From Eledone cirrhosa (Eukaryota): DNA of 64,000 bases. The notes beneath the pieces were generated by a model, which saw only the letters and a list, made by a program, of their open reading frames with translations, was not told the origin of the DNA and did not search any database. The translations under genes were made by a program, and so were the position numbers. Below are positions 1 to 11,770 of this stretch, in pieces. Where the stretch lies: assembly GCA_964016885.1 (NCBI GenBank), contig OZ024740.1:230950001-231014000 (forward strand). Direction: 5' to 3'. The stretch's first letter is position 1, and every line of letters starts with the position of its first letter.

Positions 1-1731
1 GTAACAAAAACATTTTTTTTTCTCTGTTCCTGGCTTGTAATCACTTTTTTTGTGTTGCTTAGGTCCCAAATAAATAAAAAAAAGTGCTATTAAACAGTTA
101 AAAGTTTGGGTTTGTAAAAATTCTAAGCTATTCACTAGAATTATTTGTATGCTGGATTTTACGTTGTATGTAAGTTTAATTTGCTTATGTTAAATGATTT
201 TTTTATATATGTTTCAGGTTAAATTAAAATTATAAAATAAAGAGTAATACCTAAAGAAAATTATAAAAGTGCAATAAAGTATAAAATTATTAAAAAGTGG
301 ATTAAAGAGATTTATTGATATTGGATTTTCGCACCCTGAACAAAGGGTAAGTTGTGTTTTAAGCATTCGTCTCCAGGATGAAGCAGTGGAACTTGGTCAA
401 GGAGGAAGTGCAGGTGACAAGTCAGAGAAGTCGACACGAACCTTTCTCAGGCTTTTACACTCTTAGGGATGGCCTCTGCTTCTGCCATGACGTGCCTGGA
501 CTGTTTGACGTTATTGGGGTGCCGTTTGTGCCCAAGGAGTGGCGGCTATTTATAGACACCTCCACCACAAGTTTGAAGGCTGTCCTCCTCCACAACAGAA
601 ACAAGTTCCCGACACTGCCCCTAGCTCATTCAGTCTACCTGAAGGAAAATTACTACAGTGTGAATGTCCTCTTGGAAGCTCGCAATATAACCAGTACAAT
701 TGGGAAATCATTGGAGACTTCAAGATGGTGGCTTTCCTGCTTGGACTCCAAGGAGGCTTTATCAAATTCCAATGCTTCCTCTGCCTTTGGGACAGCAGAG
801 CCACCTCTGACCACTACAAAAGAAAGAACTGGGAGCAGCGAACAGAATTTGTAGTTGGGACCCGGAACGTCATGTGGGAGCCACTGGTTGATCCCAGGAT
901 TGTGCTCATGTCGCCACTGCACATTTAGTTGGGGTTGATGAAGCAGTTTGTGAAGGCTCTCAACCAAGAATCAGCCGCTTTTAAGTACCTTCTTGAGTTC
1001 TTCCCCAAGTTATCTGAGGCCAAAATCAAAGGTAGAATTTTTGTTGGACCTCAGATAAAGAAGGTGTTTGAGTCTACCGAGTTCTCCAATAAGCTCAATA
1101 GGATTGAGAGAACAACATTGAACTGTTTCAAGGCAGTTGTTAAGGGCTTCCTGGGCAACTACAGAGCTGAAAACTACCAGCAACTGGTGCAGGATCTGAT
1201 AAAGGCTTTTGGCGCCATAGGATGCAGGATGTCGCTTAAACTCCATATGCTGGACGCTCACCTGGAAAAAGTCAAGGACAATATGGGCACCTACTCAGAA
1301 GAACAAAGTGAACGATTCCACCAAGATGTGAAAGAGATAGAGCGGAGGTACCAGGGCCACTACAATGATGGGGGACTATATCTGGGAGTTAGTGCGGGAA
1401 TGCGACCTAGACTACAACCACAAATCCAGGAAATACAGTCATTTCTGACGTGTATAAGTTACTTTATAAATGTTATTTGTTTTTACTTGTTTGCTTTTGA
1501 TAAACTTGTGTAATAAAATAAATATATACTCTGTTGATTTAATTATATGAACTGATAAATTTAAAAAAAATGTGTTTTTTCTTGAAAAATATAAAAATTT
1601 CAAAATATCAAACTCCTGACCACAAAACCAAACTTCTGATTAAATAATAGTGTTTTTTTTTATAATAATGGGATATAACAAACCATGAAATGACACTTAG
1701 AACCGGGGAACAAAAAATATGTTACACGGTG
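1..1731 (+). mobile_element. Chapaev3-like (CMC superfamily) DNA transposon, internally deleted; left terminus begins just before the window
   Basis: Right end ...TGTTACACGGTG at 1731, followed by TTA. The window starts GTAACA..., matching the inverted terminus CACCGTGTAACA minus its first 6 nt. CAC..GTG termini and a TWA target fit Chapaev3. Transposase remnants lie inside. Confidence 0.75.
366..1450 (+). pseudogene. Chapaev3-type DDE transposase pseudogene (frameshifts and stop)
   Basis: ORFs 378-854, 539-928 and 929-1513 join into WRLFIDTS..SLKAVLLH / IIGDFKM..QGGF..CFLCLWD / PLHI*LGLMKQFVKAL / MSLKLHML..SEEQSERFHQD, the D-D-CxxC-H-E layout of Transib/RAG1/Chapaev transposases. Confidence 0.8.
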
Positions 1732-1847
1732 TTATTCATGTTTTTAGCTAAAAGGAGCGTGTCGTCTCTATAACTTCCTCCTTGGAGGTTACTAAATTCC
1801 TTATGGAAGTTATGCGCTATATATATATATATAAATAACTATATATA

Positions 1848-1889
<42 letters not shown>

Positions 1890-2733
1890 TAATGGTATAT
1901 CGTGCAATGGCCATACTCGATAACGAGGGGGCAGCCATCATATATATATATATATATATTTATACTTTGGGAGGGTCATGCTGCCAATAAAAACACACAC
2001 AGCTGTCAGTTTTCACTTCAATTTATTATAAATTTCTGGTTGGTTGGTTCAATAACTGGATGGTTGTTTATATATTGTCAGGGCTCTTTCGGCACACATT
2101 CTGTGACTTCCTCAGTGCTGATTTCATATTATGTTTTTTATTCTATAAAGATGAGATAGACATTACAATACAATGGGAGGAAACATAATAGTACCATTGA
2201 TGATATCACGGGTGTGTGATGAAGGAGGTTTGATAGACTATATATATATATATTTATATCTATATTTTTAACCATTGGTCAATCAATGACAAACACTGAT
2301 TGCCAACTAAATTAACTATAGGGATATAAAATATACAGAAACGAAAACCAATCCAAACCAAAGAGTGAGTGTGTTTTATTATTATTTCTGGCAATATTAT
2401 AACAATATGACCCTCTTCAATCATCTTACCAGAAGCCTAACATTATTTATGTAAGCGGACAGTACTTGATTTAGGAGTCGCAGAAACCCAAATACTGGAT
2501 TTTACCAACCTTCCAGGGGTCCGGGTAAATTTTCAATCACATATATTTTTATTGTTTGACCCGAATTACTTGGTCGTTTCTTTGGCTATGCAGATGTTTG
2601 TTTAACCATCGTCTCAGTGTGTTTGGCCTTTAACGTATGTTGTAGCTCTGGTTCATCTGAATCATTGAACGCTTGCCACACATCTCGGAAGTTGTTTTTC
2701 GTTAATTCCTAAGCCGAAATACGATTCTCACTA

Positions 2734-2785
<52 letters not shown>

Positions 2786-2786
<1 letters not shown>

Positions 2787-4892
2787 ACGTAACACCAACA
2801 ACAAATTGCAGAAAGATATTAAAAAAACTACTGGACGACCTTAAAAACACCAAAGGAATAGTAGTAAAAGCGGACAAAACATCTAACCTGTATACTATGG
2901 ACTGCACTACATACAACAACTTCATTCGAAAAGAATTACATAAAAAATATAGAAAAACGAATGAAGTAACTCTTAAGCACATCAATGATGAGGCATGCGA
3001 AATAGTGAAAAATCTCGGAATCGAGGATAGGACAGGACCACTCTTACCGGCGATACCCACCTTCAATCTGAAGAACCATAAGGTAAACTTTGATAATGAC
3101 CCTAAAATTAGATTAATCTGCCCCTCTAAATCAGATATAGGTAAAATAAGCAAATATATCTTAGATAGAATCATCCCCCAAATTAAGGCTAAGGTCAACA
3201 TTAAACTCTGGGGGAAGACCCAAGAAGCAATAAGATGGTTTAATAGCATTAGCAATAAGAATAAATCTAAGTTTATCCAGTTTGATATCGACGAATATTA
3301 CTCATCGATATCACCTGAAACTCTGAATAGAGCCATTAAGTTTGCTAAGGATAACTCTGACCTTACAAACGATGAAATTAAGATTATATTAGAAGCTAGC
3401 TAGGAAAACTATAGTCAAATTTGAGAACAGTTATTGGGTTCGTAAAGATAGACCCTCTAACTTTGACATAACAATGGGCTCTAACGATTCGGCGGAAATA
3501 ACTGATATTGTGGGGTTATTTATCGCCTTTAGACTCCAGGAAAAATTCAGTAATCTCCACGGTGGAACATACCGCGACGATGTTCTCCTCCTAGTTAAAA
3601 ACCTAAACAACCAAAAACTAGAAAAACTACGCAAAGATATAAGAAAACTACTACTCGAAATAGGACTAACTATAACATATGAATACAACCTTAAAGTAGT
3701 TAACTTCCTGGATGTCACACTCAATTTAAACTCTTGTCTGATTAAACCGTTTCATAAATTGAATGAAAATCTCAAGTACGTAAATGTTGGGTCTAACCAC
3801 CCCATCTCTATAATTAAATCTATCCCTAAAAATATTTCCCTTAGAATCTCGGGTCTATCTTCTGACATACAAGTATTTAAGGAATACGCCGAGTACTACG
3901 ATAACGCCCTTAGTAAAGCAGGCTACCTCAACAAAATAGAGTATATAGATGAGAACAATCAAAACACCCAAAATAAATCCCACATAGGTAGATATAATAA
4001 CACAACACCAAACCACACTTACTACCATAGTATACACACCAGTAAACCAACAAACAAAACTAATAGAAAGCGATGCAAAGAGTACTTATGGTATAACCCT
4101 GAATACAATAGTTCCATTAGTACAAATGTATCAGTACTCTTCTTTAAAATAATTAAGAGACATTTTCCTACATCACACAAATACCACAAAATCCTAAACC
4201 CTACCACTATAAGACTGTCATACTCTATAGCGTTAAACCTTGAACAACACATAAAAAAGATCAATACTAGAAGGTTAAACGAAAACACTAAAAACTTAAG
4301 TACAAAGAACACAAAAAAAACAGTAGACAATACACCACAGAACATAAATAAATCACACCTAAGTTCGTCCGCAATACTACTCCAGAGTAAACCCAACGTA
4401 CATAACTGTAACTGCACCTATCCTGACAACTGCCCCTTCGGCAATAACTGCCTGGAAAAAAATATCATTTATAAGTGTACCATTAAATCCGGAGGCAACG
4501 AATGGTATTACGTGGGATCAACGGCAACATCGTTTAAATCTCGATTATATAGGCATTCTTACTCAATAAAACACCAGAGCCAAAGAAATGTAACAACTTT
4601 AGCAGAAAAAGCTTGGACGCTCAGGGATAGTGATCAAAAGTTTACCCTAAAATTGGAGAAATTAGCTAAAACCCAAAGCTTTTCCAGGAGCCAAAACTTC
4701 TGCAAATTGTGTAATCTTGAGATTTATTACATAATCACACACAAGAAGAAATTGCTTAATAACAGAATTGAACGAACATTATTCTGCCGTCACCGAACTA
4801 AAACCCTTTTTTTCCCACTACAAGCTGAATATTACATAAAAGAGGGACATCCCCCCAACTATATAAACCTCAATCTAGTTAGAAAAATATAA
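2786..4892 (+). pseudogene. PLE reverse transcriptase plus GIY-YIG endonuclease, single 4-bp duplication frameshift
   Basis: Motifs KADKTSNLY, FIQFDIDEYYSSI, MGSNDSAE, YRDD, VNFLDVT, WYNPEY, CNCx5CPx3C, IIYKC..YYVGST..FKSRLYRH, CKLC..CRH. GCTAGCTA near 3395-3402 shifts the frame; removing 4 nt joins ORF 2897 to ORF 3474 (EARKTIVKFENSYWVRK). Confidence 0.9.
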
Positions 4893-5650
4893 AAACAATC
4901 TCTTCTCAACATATATATGTATATTAATAACCTTAAATTACCACACTAATAATGGATAGATATGCTGATGAGAATAGGTGCGAATATGCTATAATGAATG
5001 TGTCTAAAAGCGACCATATGTATGTAAATATATGTGAAAATGTATATAAATAAGTAAAAATATATATATATGTTTGATGTGTATAGTTAGATGTATGTGT
5101 ATTCATGTATTAAAGTGTTTATATATATATATATACACATAGACAGGAGTATGTATGTATATATGTGTGTGTCTATACGCGTGTATATAAAGATAAGTTA
5201 AGTATGAAAATGTATACACATGAATGCGTATGTATGTACATATATATATGTATATATATGTATATATATATATGTGCATGTATATATGTATGTAAGTATG
5301 AGCATGTAAGTATGTGTATGTGAGTATATGTATTTTGTAGAGGTGTACATATATGTTTGTGTGTAAATGCGTGGGCGAAAGGATACGTACACTTGAAAGA
5401 AAAATTTAAGTCTGAATGTTAATTAAGTGCAAACACAAAACCAACCATGCATATCTATACTATCTCTAATCCTTCTATAGATTTAGAAAAATAACCAACG
5501 ACAAATAATACAACAGATGGGAATCTAATTACTCACTGCCACCAAAAATTCTCACTGCTATCAAAAAACTACTCCCTTAACTATTCTTCTAACAACTTCA
5601 CCCCTCCCTCCTAATATTCTCTATAAAAACCAAACAGGTTCTCAATAAAG

Positions 5651-5771
5651 TTATTCTGATGAAATGACAGTAGATAATAACATTGAAATATTGAATGTCT
5701 GCATAACTAATACTTTGTAGATAGCAGCTGTTTTCAGGTTATGTAACTGTTATTGAAACACGTGTCAATAA
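5651..5771 (+). ncRNA. Type I hammerhead ribozyme in the PLE 3' repeat, with long stem II
   Basis: Stem I TTATT/AATAA; CTGATGA 5656-5662; stem II AATGACAGT...ACTGTTATT; GAAA 5755-5758; palindromic stem III CACGTG; GTC cleavage triplet ending 5766. Confidence 0.8.
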
Positions 5772-5805
5772 ATTCCTTTTAACTGAACTGTATCCATTTA
5801 AATCC

Positions 5806-5860
<55 letters not shown>

Positions 5861-6145
5861 AATACATTATCGGAGAAAGCTAATAGCGATACTCCGGCCA
5901 AATCCCAACTCACTCAACAAACATTAGGAAATAAGTGAGTATATTCCTAATTAAACGTTTGGGGTGCTAACTAATTGTATTGTGTGGAAAATTGGGTGTA
6001 TCATTTGATATGAGATATATAAAATATATATATACATATATGACTATATATATAACTATATAATAATAATAATAATAATAATAGTAATAATAATATATAT
6101 AATATATATATATATAATATATATTTATATATATAACTATATATA

Positions 6146-6487
6146 TCATCATTCATCATTTCATTTTAGGTCCGCTTTTCCCTGCTTGCAAGGGTGGGAC
6201 GGGAACTGATTCTGGCTTGATTTCTACAGCTGGATGCCCTTCCTAACACCAACCTCATTTACAGTGAGTGCTGGGTGCTTTTTTGCCGTGGCACCTCCAC
6301 GTCCACTTTTCAGTGGAATGATAGGGAACCCAGTCCCTATCATCTCATTTCTACAGCTGAGTAAACTGGAGCAATGTGAAATAAAGTGTCTTGCTCAAGG
6401 AAACAACACATCACCCGGTCTGAGAATTGAACTCACAACCTTTCGATTGCAAGGCCAATGCTCTAACCACTAAGCCATGTGCCTCCA
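6146..6487 (-). mobile_element. tRNA-derived SINE with RTE-like 3' tail
   Basis: Minus strand: A box TGGCTTAGTGG, B-box-like GAGTTCAATTC, core TTCCTTGAGCAAGACACTTTATTTCAC, tail ..TTGCAAGCAGGGAAAAG..(GAT)n. Near-identical copy at 61050-61415. Confidence 0.8.
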
Positions 6488-6554
6488 TGTATATATATAT
6501 ATTAATTAACTTAATTAACATTCGGTAAGAGTTGGCAGGAATACCAGGAAGACA

Positions 6555-6730
6555 TCAAGTTTGGCTTTTACACCTACCTCGCTTCAACTGATTGCTGAGG
6601 CTGACACATTACTGCATCAGCTTTTGCAATTCTTGCACTTAATTCAGCCTCCTGCATTCCATCACTCATGAACACGGCTCCAAGATACTTGAACTTCTCT
6701 AACTGCTTCAGTAGAACTCCATTCACATGT
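6555..6730 (-). mobile_element. RTE-clade LINE RT fragment
   Basis: HVNGVLLKQLEKFKYLGAVFMSDG..ELSARIAKA, same family as 12409-13200 and 23168-24461. Confidence 0.75.
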
Positions 6731-6933
6731 ATATAAATTTGAAGGACTTCTGTCCACCCGTCCATCACGCAATGTGTATGTGTGTTTGTGTGAATGTATG
6801 TGTGTGTAAAAGGAAGGGAAGGGATACACACATATATATGTCTAACTTAAAAACAGTGACACACACACACGTGTCTCTAATTTAAGAACGCCGACAAACT
6901 CACGCGCGTGCACATACACACACTGTCCTATTA

Positions 6934-7555
6934 CCGCTCAAGAGCTCTGGCACGGGCAAACATCCCCTCAATTTTGGAACCGTCTGGGTTGTCCTGAATT
7001 GATGGGAAAAGACTTGACGGTCTTATTCTGTGCTTCTGGTCAAGAGGCAGGTGCCTTACCTGGGACGTCACAGTTAGTGACTCTTTTGCTTCTTCCCACA
7101 TTCCCGATGCAGCAGTAAAGGCGAGAGCTACAGCATCTGCAGCTGAACGGAACAAAATCCTAAAATACCGTGTTCTGTCAGCTAACTACATTATCCAGCC
7201 TATGGTGTTCGAGACATTTGGGGGAGTCGGGCTACTGACAGCGAGATTCTTATCTTCACTAGTGGCTCACCCAACGGAGGTAACTGGTGATGCTTGTGAG
7301 GGCACTTGGTTGTTCCAGCACCTCAGCGTCACCATCACCCAAGGTAATGTTGCGAGCGTGCTGGCCTGCCTCAACAATTATTAGAGAGGTTTCCCCGTGC
7401 TCCTTGCTATATTGCTATCTTTTGCTCTGGTAGCGGCTCGTTTTGCCACTCTTTCGCCTGCATTTTGTTCTATGTGGTCTAAGGTGTGTGTATTACGTGC
7501 TTTTGTATTTTTTCTCTTTCTTCTTTTCTTTTCCTTTTCCTTTGTATATATTATA
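6934..7555 (+). mobile_element. CRE-clade (RLE-type) non-LTR retrotransposon 3' fragment
   Basis: ILEPSGL..KRLDGL..WSRGRCLTWDVTV..AERNKILKY..FETFGG..LFQHLSVTITQGNVASVL, the restriction-like endonuclease C-terminus, then a T-rich 3' UTR. Confidence 0.8.
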
Positions 7556-7644
7556 TTGAATTGACAGTATCGGTAGAGGGTCGGAAGCCATGATTTCCAG
7601 CATAGTTACGTCCCTTTACGGTCTGAGTTTAAATCCCTGAGATA

Positions 7645-8115
7645 AATGTTACTATTAATATTCGAAAAACTCAGATTACATTTATTGTATTCAGCCATGT
7701 AGAGCGAAAATTTTCTTTGAATTTGGAAAAGCCGGACATTTATCCCTCGTATACAGGAAACTGACTGGCCAGTCTGCTGATATGCAAATCTGGCTGATTA
7801 GTGGATCAGTAATATGCAGATCTGACTGATCAGCCAGTCTGCAAATAAGCAAATCATGCCGATCAGTCACTGTGTATTTTTGAAAATAGCATATATTTTC
7901 ACTAGCTCTGACAGTTTGGCAAGTGAACAGTGAGCGGTACTGATGAAGGGTGATACCCAGAAACATTAGTGTCTGCAGTTCTGTTCACATGCCAACACAA
8001 GAGCAAGAATGAAGAGTTCATTCTACTGATATGGCTATAAAATTGAGGCTTGTTTGCATAATTGCAAACGAATCGAATGTTATTATTAATATTCGAAAAC
8101 TCAGATTACATTTAT
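7645..8115 (+). mobile_element. Non-coding PLE terminal-repeat or retrozyme-like unit (431-bp period) ending in (TA)n
   Basis: ~40-bp direct repeat AATGTTA(C/T)TATTAATATTCGAAAA(A)CTCAGATTACATTTAT at 7645 and 8076 enclosing a hammerhead motif; no ORF with recognisable homology. Confidence 0.6.
7916..7996 (+). ncRNA. Type I hammerhead ribozyme
   Basis: CTGATGA 7940-7946; stem II GGGT-GAT-ACCC; GAAA 7960-7963; stem III CAT-TA-GTG; GTC ending 7973; extended stem I TTGGCA.GTGAACAG / CTGTTCAC.TGCCAA. A:A mismatch at the base of stem II. Confidence 0.75.
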
Positions 8116-8122
8116 ATATATA

Positions 8123-8177
<55 letters not shown>

Positions 8178-8215
8178 CTATATATATATATATAACTATA
8201 TATATAACTATATAT

Positions 8216-9520
8216 TTGGGTTTGTGCCAGGAAAAGCACCACTGATGCCCTCTTCCTTGTGAGGTAGTTACAGTAAAAGTACCTAACTAAAAGTAAGCCG
8301 CTCTACCTGGCATTCGTCGATCTGGAGAAAGCCTTTCACAGAGTTCCCCGTGATATAATCTGGTGGGCTCTTAGAAAACTAGGAGTAGATGAATGGCTTG
8401 TGAAAGCTGTACAATAGGGGAGCAGTCAGCAAAGTTAGGATTAGCAATGACTATAGCGAGGAATTTAGCATACAGATTGGTGTCTACCAGGGCTCTGTTC
8501 TTAGCCCTCTCCTGTTCATCATAGTTTTGCAGGCAATAACGCAGCAGTTTAAGACCAGATGCCCATGGGAACTCCTGTATGCAGATGACCTCACACTTAT
8601 AGCTGAATCTATGGTAGAACTAGAGAAGAAATTCCAAACATGGAAGCAGGGACTAGAAAGAAGGGGTCTCAAAGTCAACCTGACAAAGACTAAGGTCCTT
8701 GTAAGTAGACGAGAAAACAGAATCCAGATCCCCTCAGGGAAATGGCCTTGCTCAGTATGTAGGAAAGGTGAAGGTAGGAACTCCATCCTCTGCCCCAAAT
8801 GCAAACAATGGGTATACAAGAGATGTAGTGGGATCTCAGGAAGCTTAACTAAGAATGTAGGCTTCACATGTAGCAGCTGCACTGGGACAGCAAGCAGCAA
8901 ACAGCCACAGGAAACAAGCACCACCAAACTCTGGGAGGGCTCTGTAGAAACAGTAGACAGCTTCTGCTACCTAGGTGACCAAATTAGCAGCGGACGCGAG
9001 TGTTCGGAAAGTACAATAACTAGGGTAAGAACGGGATGGAAGAAGTTCAGGGAGTTACTGCCACTGCTAGCTGCAAAAGGCTTTTCCCTCAAAATGAAAG
9101 GCAGACTGTATGATGCGTGTATACGAACAGCAATGTTACATGGTAGTGAGACCTGGGCGCTGTCTGTAGAAGACTTGCGTAGATTAGAAAGGAACAAAAC
9201 CTGCATGCTCCGATGGATGTGTAATAGTAATATACGCGAACGGCAAAGCATAAACAAATTGAGAGAGAGACTGAGCATAAGAGGAATCAAATGCTGTGTG
9301 CAGGAGAGGAGGTTGCGTTGGTATGGACATGTGATGCGTATGAAGGATGACAGCTGCATAAAAAGGTGCAGAGCACTAGAAGTCGATGGAAGATGCGGAG
9401 TGGGGAGACCCAAGAAGACCTGGATGAGGTGATAAAAGCCGAACTTACCCAATTACACCTCTCAAAGGCAATGACACACGACCGTGACCTCTGACGTCAC
9501 ACAGTAATACAGAAGACCCA
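8216..9520 (+). mobile_element. RTE-clade LINE, RT and 3' region with PHD-like Cys-rich insert
   Basis: FGFVPG, AFVDLEKAF, QGSVLSPLLF, LLYADD, FCYLG, MLHGSETW, RRLRWYGHV..GRPKKTW; 301-aa ORF 8527-9432; upstream part disrupted. Confidence 0.9.
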
Positions 9521-9829
9521 ACCCCCCACGGGTACAAGCCAAAGCTGAAGCATATAGACAATATGCCCCCATCCGCTCCCACTGTAAAGTGGTCGTGGAG
9601 GTGCCACGGCAAAAAGGCACCCAGCACTCACTGTAAATGAAGTTGGTGTTAGGAAGGGCATCCAGCTTTAGAAATCAAGCCAGAATCAGTTCCCGTATGA
9701 GCAAGACATGGTCAACCGACCGGCTACTACCCACAACAGGACAACCCGTCTAACCTATGCTAGCGTGGAAGAACAGACATAAAATGGTGATGATGATGAT
9801 GATGATATATATATATCAATTATCTCTAC

Positions 9830-11739
9830 CTTTGCTCCCAGGTGGGCCTAGGTAATGAAGAGAAGGACTGCTTTTACGAGGAACTTCTAGAAGCAACCTC
9901 AAAGACAGAGGACAGAGACGTAGTTATACTAGCAGGTGACTTCAATGGTCATGTTGGACAGCTCCAGGATGGATACACTGGGGTACATGGTGGGCACGGT
10001 TATGGCTCAAGAAATGAAGAAAGAGTGAGGCTTCTTGAATTTTGTGATGCAAGTGAACTAACCATTTGCAACACTAACTTGAAGAAACCTACCAACCACC
10101 TAATAACCTACCAATCAGGCGAGCATATAAGCCATATTGACTTCTTACTAGTTAGGCAATGAGACAGACAGATGGTGTCAACTACTAAGGCATACTCTGG
10201 GGAAGAGTGTACCCCCCAGCATAGGTTAGTCATTAGTGACATCTCAATAAGTAAGAGACAAAATGAAACACACAGGAAGGTGTAGAAAAGGAAGTTCTGG
10301 AAGCTAAAAGACCTTTCGCTAAAATATAAACTTAGGAAAGCCCTTCAAGATGTGTATGACAAAAAAGAAGACGAGTTAGAATTGTATGATATAGATGATA
10401 ACTGGAATTTCTTATGTGACAACTTACTGCAGGCTACTGAAGAAACTCATGGCTGGAGCAGAGCTCCGACCAGACAGAGTGATTTGGTGGTGGAACAGCA
10501 TGGTAGATAGGGCCATTAGAGACAAAAGACTAGCATGGCACACTTGGAAAAATGGTGGGAGTAGAGACCAATACAGAGCCGCTAAGAGAGAAGCTAGACG
10601 TCAGGTGTACTTAGCACGCAGGGAGGCTGAGAGTAGGAGGTTTGCCAATGTCCTGCACCGGGAAGATCAGAGACGTGCGGTGTTCTGCAGGATATTGTTG
10701 GAGATAAGTGTGTCCGAAATGATGCTGGTGTTCTTAGTATCACTAATGATCAGAAAAAGGCGGCTTGGAGCATTATGAGAGACTGATGAATGTTGAGAAC
10801 GAATGGGAGAGAGAGAAATTACCTCCAGTAGACCCGACAGAGGGACCAGCTTTTGAGATTGATGACTATAGGGTCAAAAAGGCAATTAAGGAAATGAAAA
10901 GTGGTAAGGCCGCTGGACCATCGGGGATAGTTGCTGAGATGTTGAAGGCATTAAGAGAAGTAGGAACTAAACTGGTTTCACACATTGTCAATCAGGCTAT
11001 ATATGGCAGAGTCATACTCAAAAACTGGTGCAGCAGTATTCTTATAAATTTCTACAAAGGTAAAGGGGATGCTCTGGAGAGGAGCAATTATAGGGGCATA
11101 AAACTGATGGATCAGGTTATGAAAGAGGCAGAAAGAATACTAACGCAGCTAATTAGAGAAAGGGTCAAATTAGATGAGATGCAGTTTGGTTTTGTGCCTG
11201 GGAAAAGTACAACAGATGCCCTCTTCTTGGTGAGGCAACTACAAGAGAGGTTCTTAGAGAAGAATAAGCCACTATACTTAGCTTTTGTTGACCTAGAGAA
11301 GGCCTTTGATAGAGTACCCTGATCTGTCATCTGGTGGTCCCTAAGGAAACTAGGTGTGGAGGAATGGCTTGTGAGGACAGTGCAAGCTATGTACAGGGCT
11401 AAAGTGAGAATAGGAATGAGTTTAGTGAGGAATTCCAGATTCAAGTAGAAGTACATCAGCCCGCTCTTGTTCATTATACTTCTCTATTATAGACTGCATT
11501 GGTATGGACATGTGATGCACATGGAGGATGAAGTAAAGAAGTGTCAAGAAATCCCAGTAGAAAGAAGATGCAGTAGAGGAAGGCCACGAAAATCATGGGT
11601 GGAGATGGTGAGAGCTGACCTCAGATTGCTGAAGCTCACGGAGGAGATGACGAAGTTACCGTGACGAATGGAGAGATACTGAATAAGACCCATCCCACTC
11701 TTGCAAGCAGGGAAAAGTGGATGTAAAATGATGATGATG

Positions 11740-11740
<1 letters not shown>
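9830..11740 (+). mobile_element. RTE-clade LINE with APE endonuclease remnant, RT N-terminus, internal deletion and (GAT)n tail
   Basis: AGDFNGHVG, SHIDFLL, GKAAGPSGI, KGKGDALERSNYRGIKL, QFGFVPGKSTTDA, AFVDLEKAFDRVP, RLHWYGHV, GRPRKSW; ends ATGATGATGATGA. Confidence 0.85.

Positions 11741-11770
<30 letters not shown>

Larger units (their letters stand above)
2786..5809 (+). mobile_element. Penelope-like retroelement, Naiad-type, 5'-truncated, inserted in (TA)n
   Basis: RT plus C-terminal GIY-YIG ORF, long 3' region with a hammerhead motif, (TA)n runs on both flanks (2738-2785 and 5810-5860). Confidence 0.85.

Noticed and set aside
1770-1813. loxP-like inverted repeat ATAACTTCC...GGAAGTTAT
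   Set aside because: Only 8 bp match each loxP arm and the spacing is wrong; more likely a repeat terminus or chance.
2075-2230. Additional hammerhead-like cores (minus CTGAGGA..GAAA at 2087-2115; plus TTGATGA..GAAG near 2197-2224)
   Set aside because: Stem I/III or core nucleotides are broken; at most decayed relics.
4960-5020. CTGATGA with ATATG/CATAT stem after the PLE ORF
   Set aside because: Lacks GAAA and a valid cleavage triplet.
3474-5650. Selenocysteine recoding or SECIS, as reported for some Naiad elements
   Set aside because: No in-frame TGA in the ORF; the only break is a 4-bp duplication; no convincing SECIS seen.
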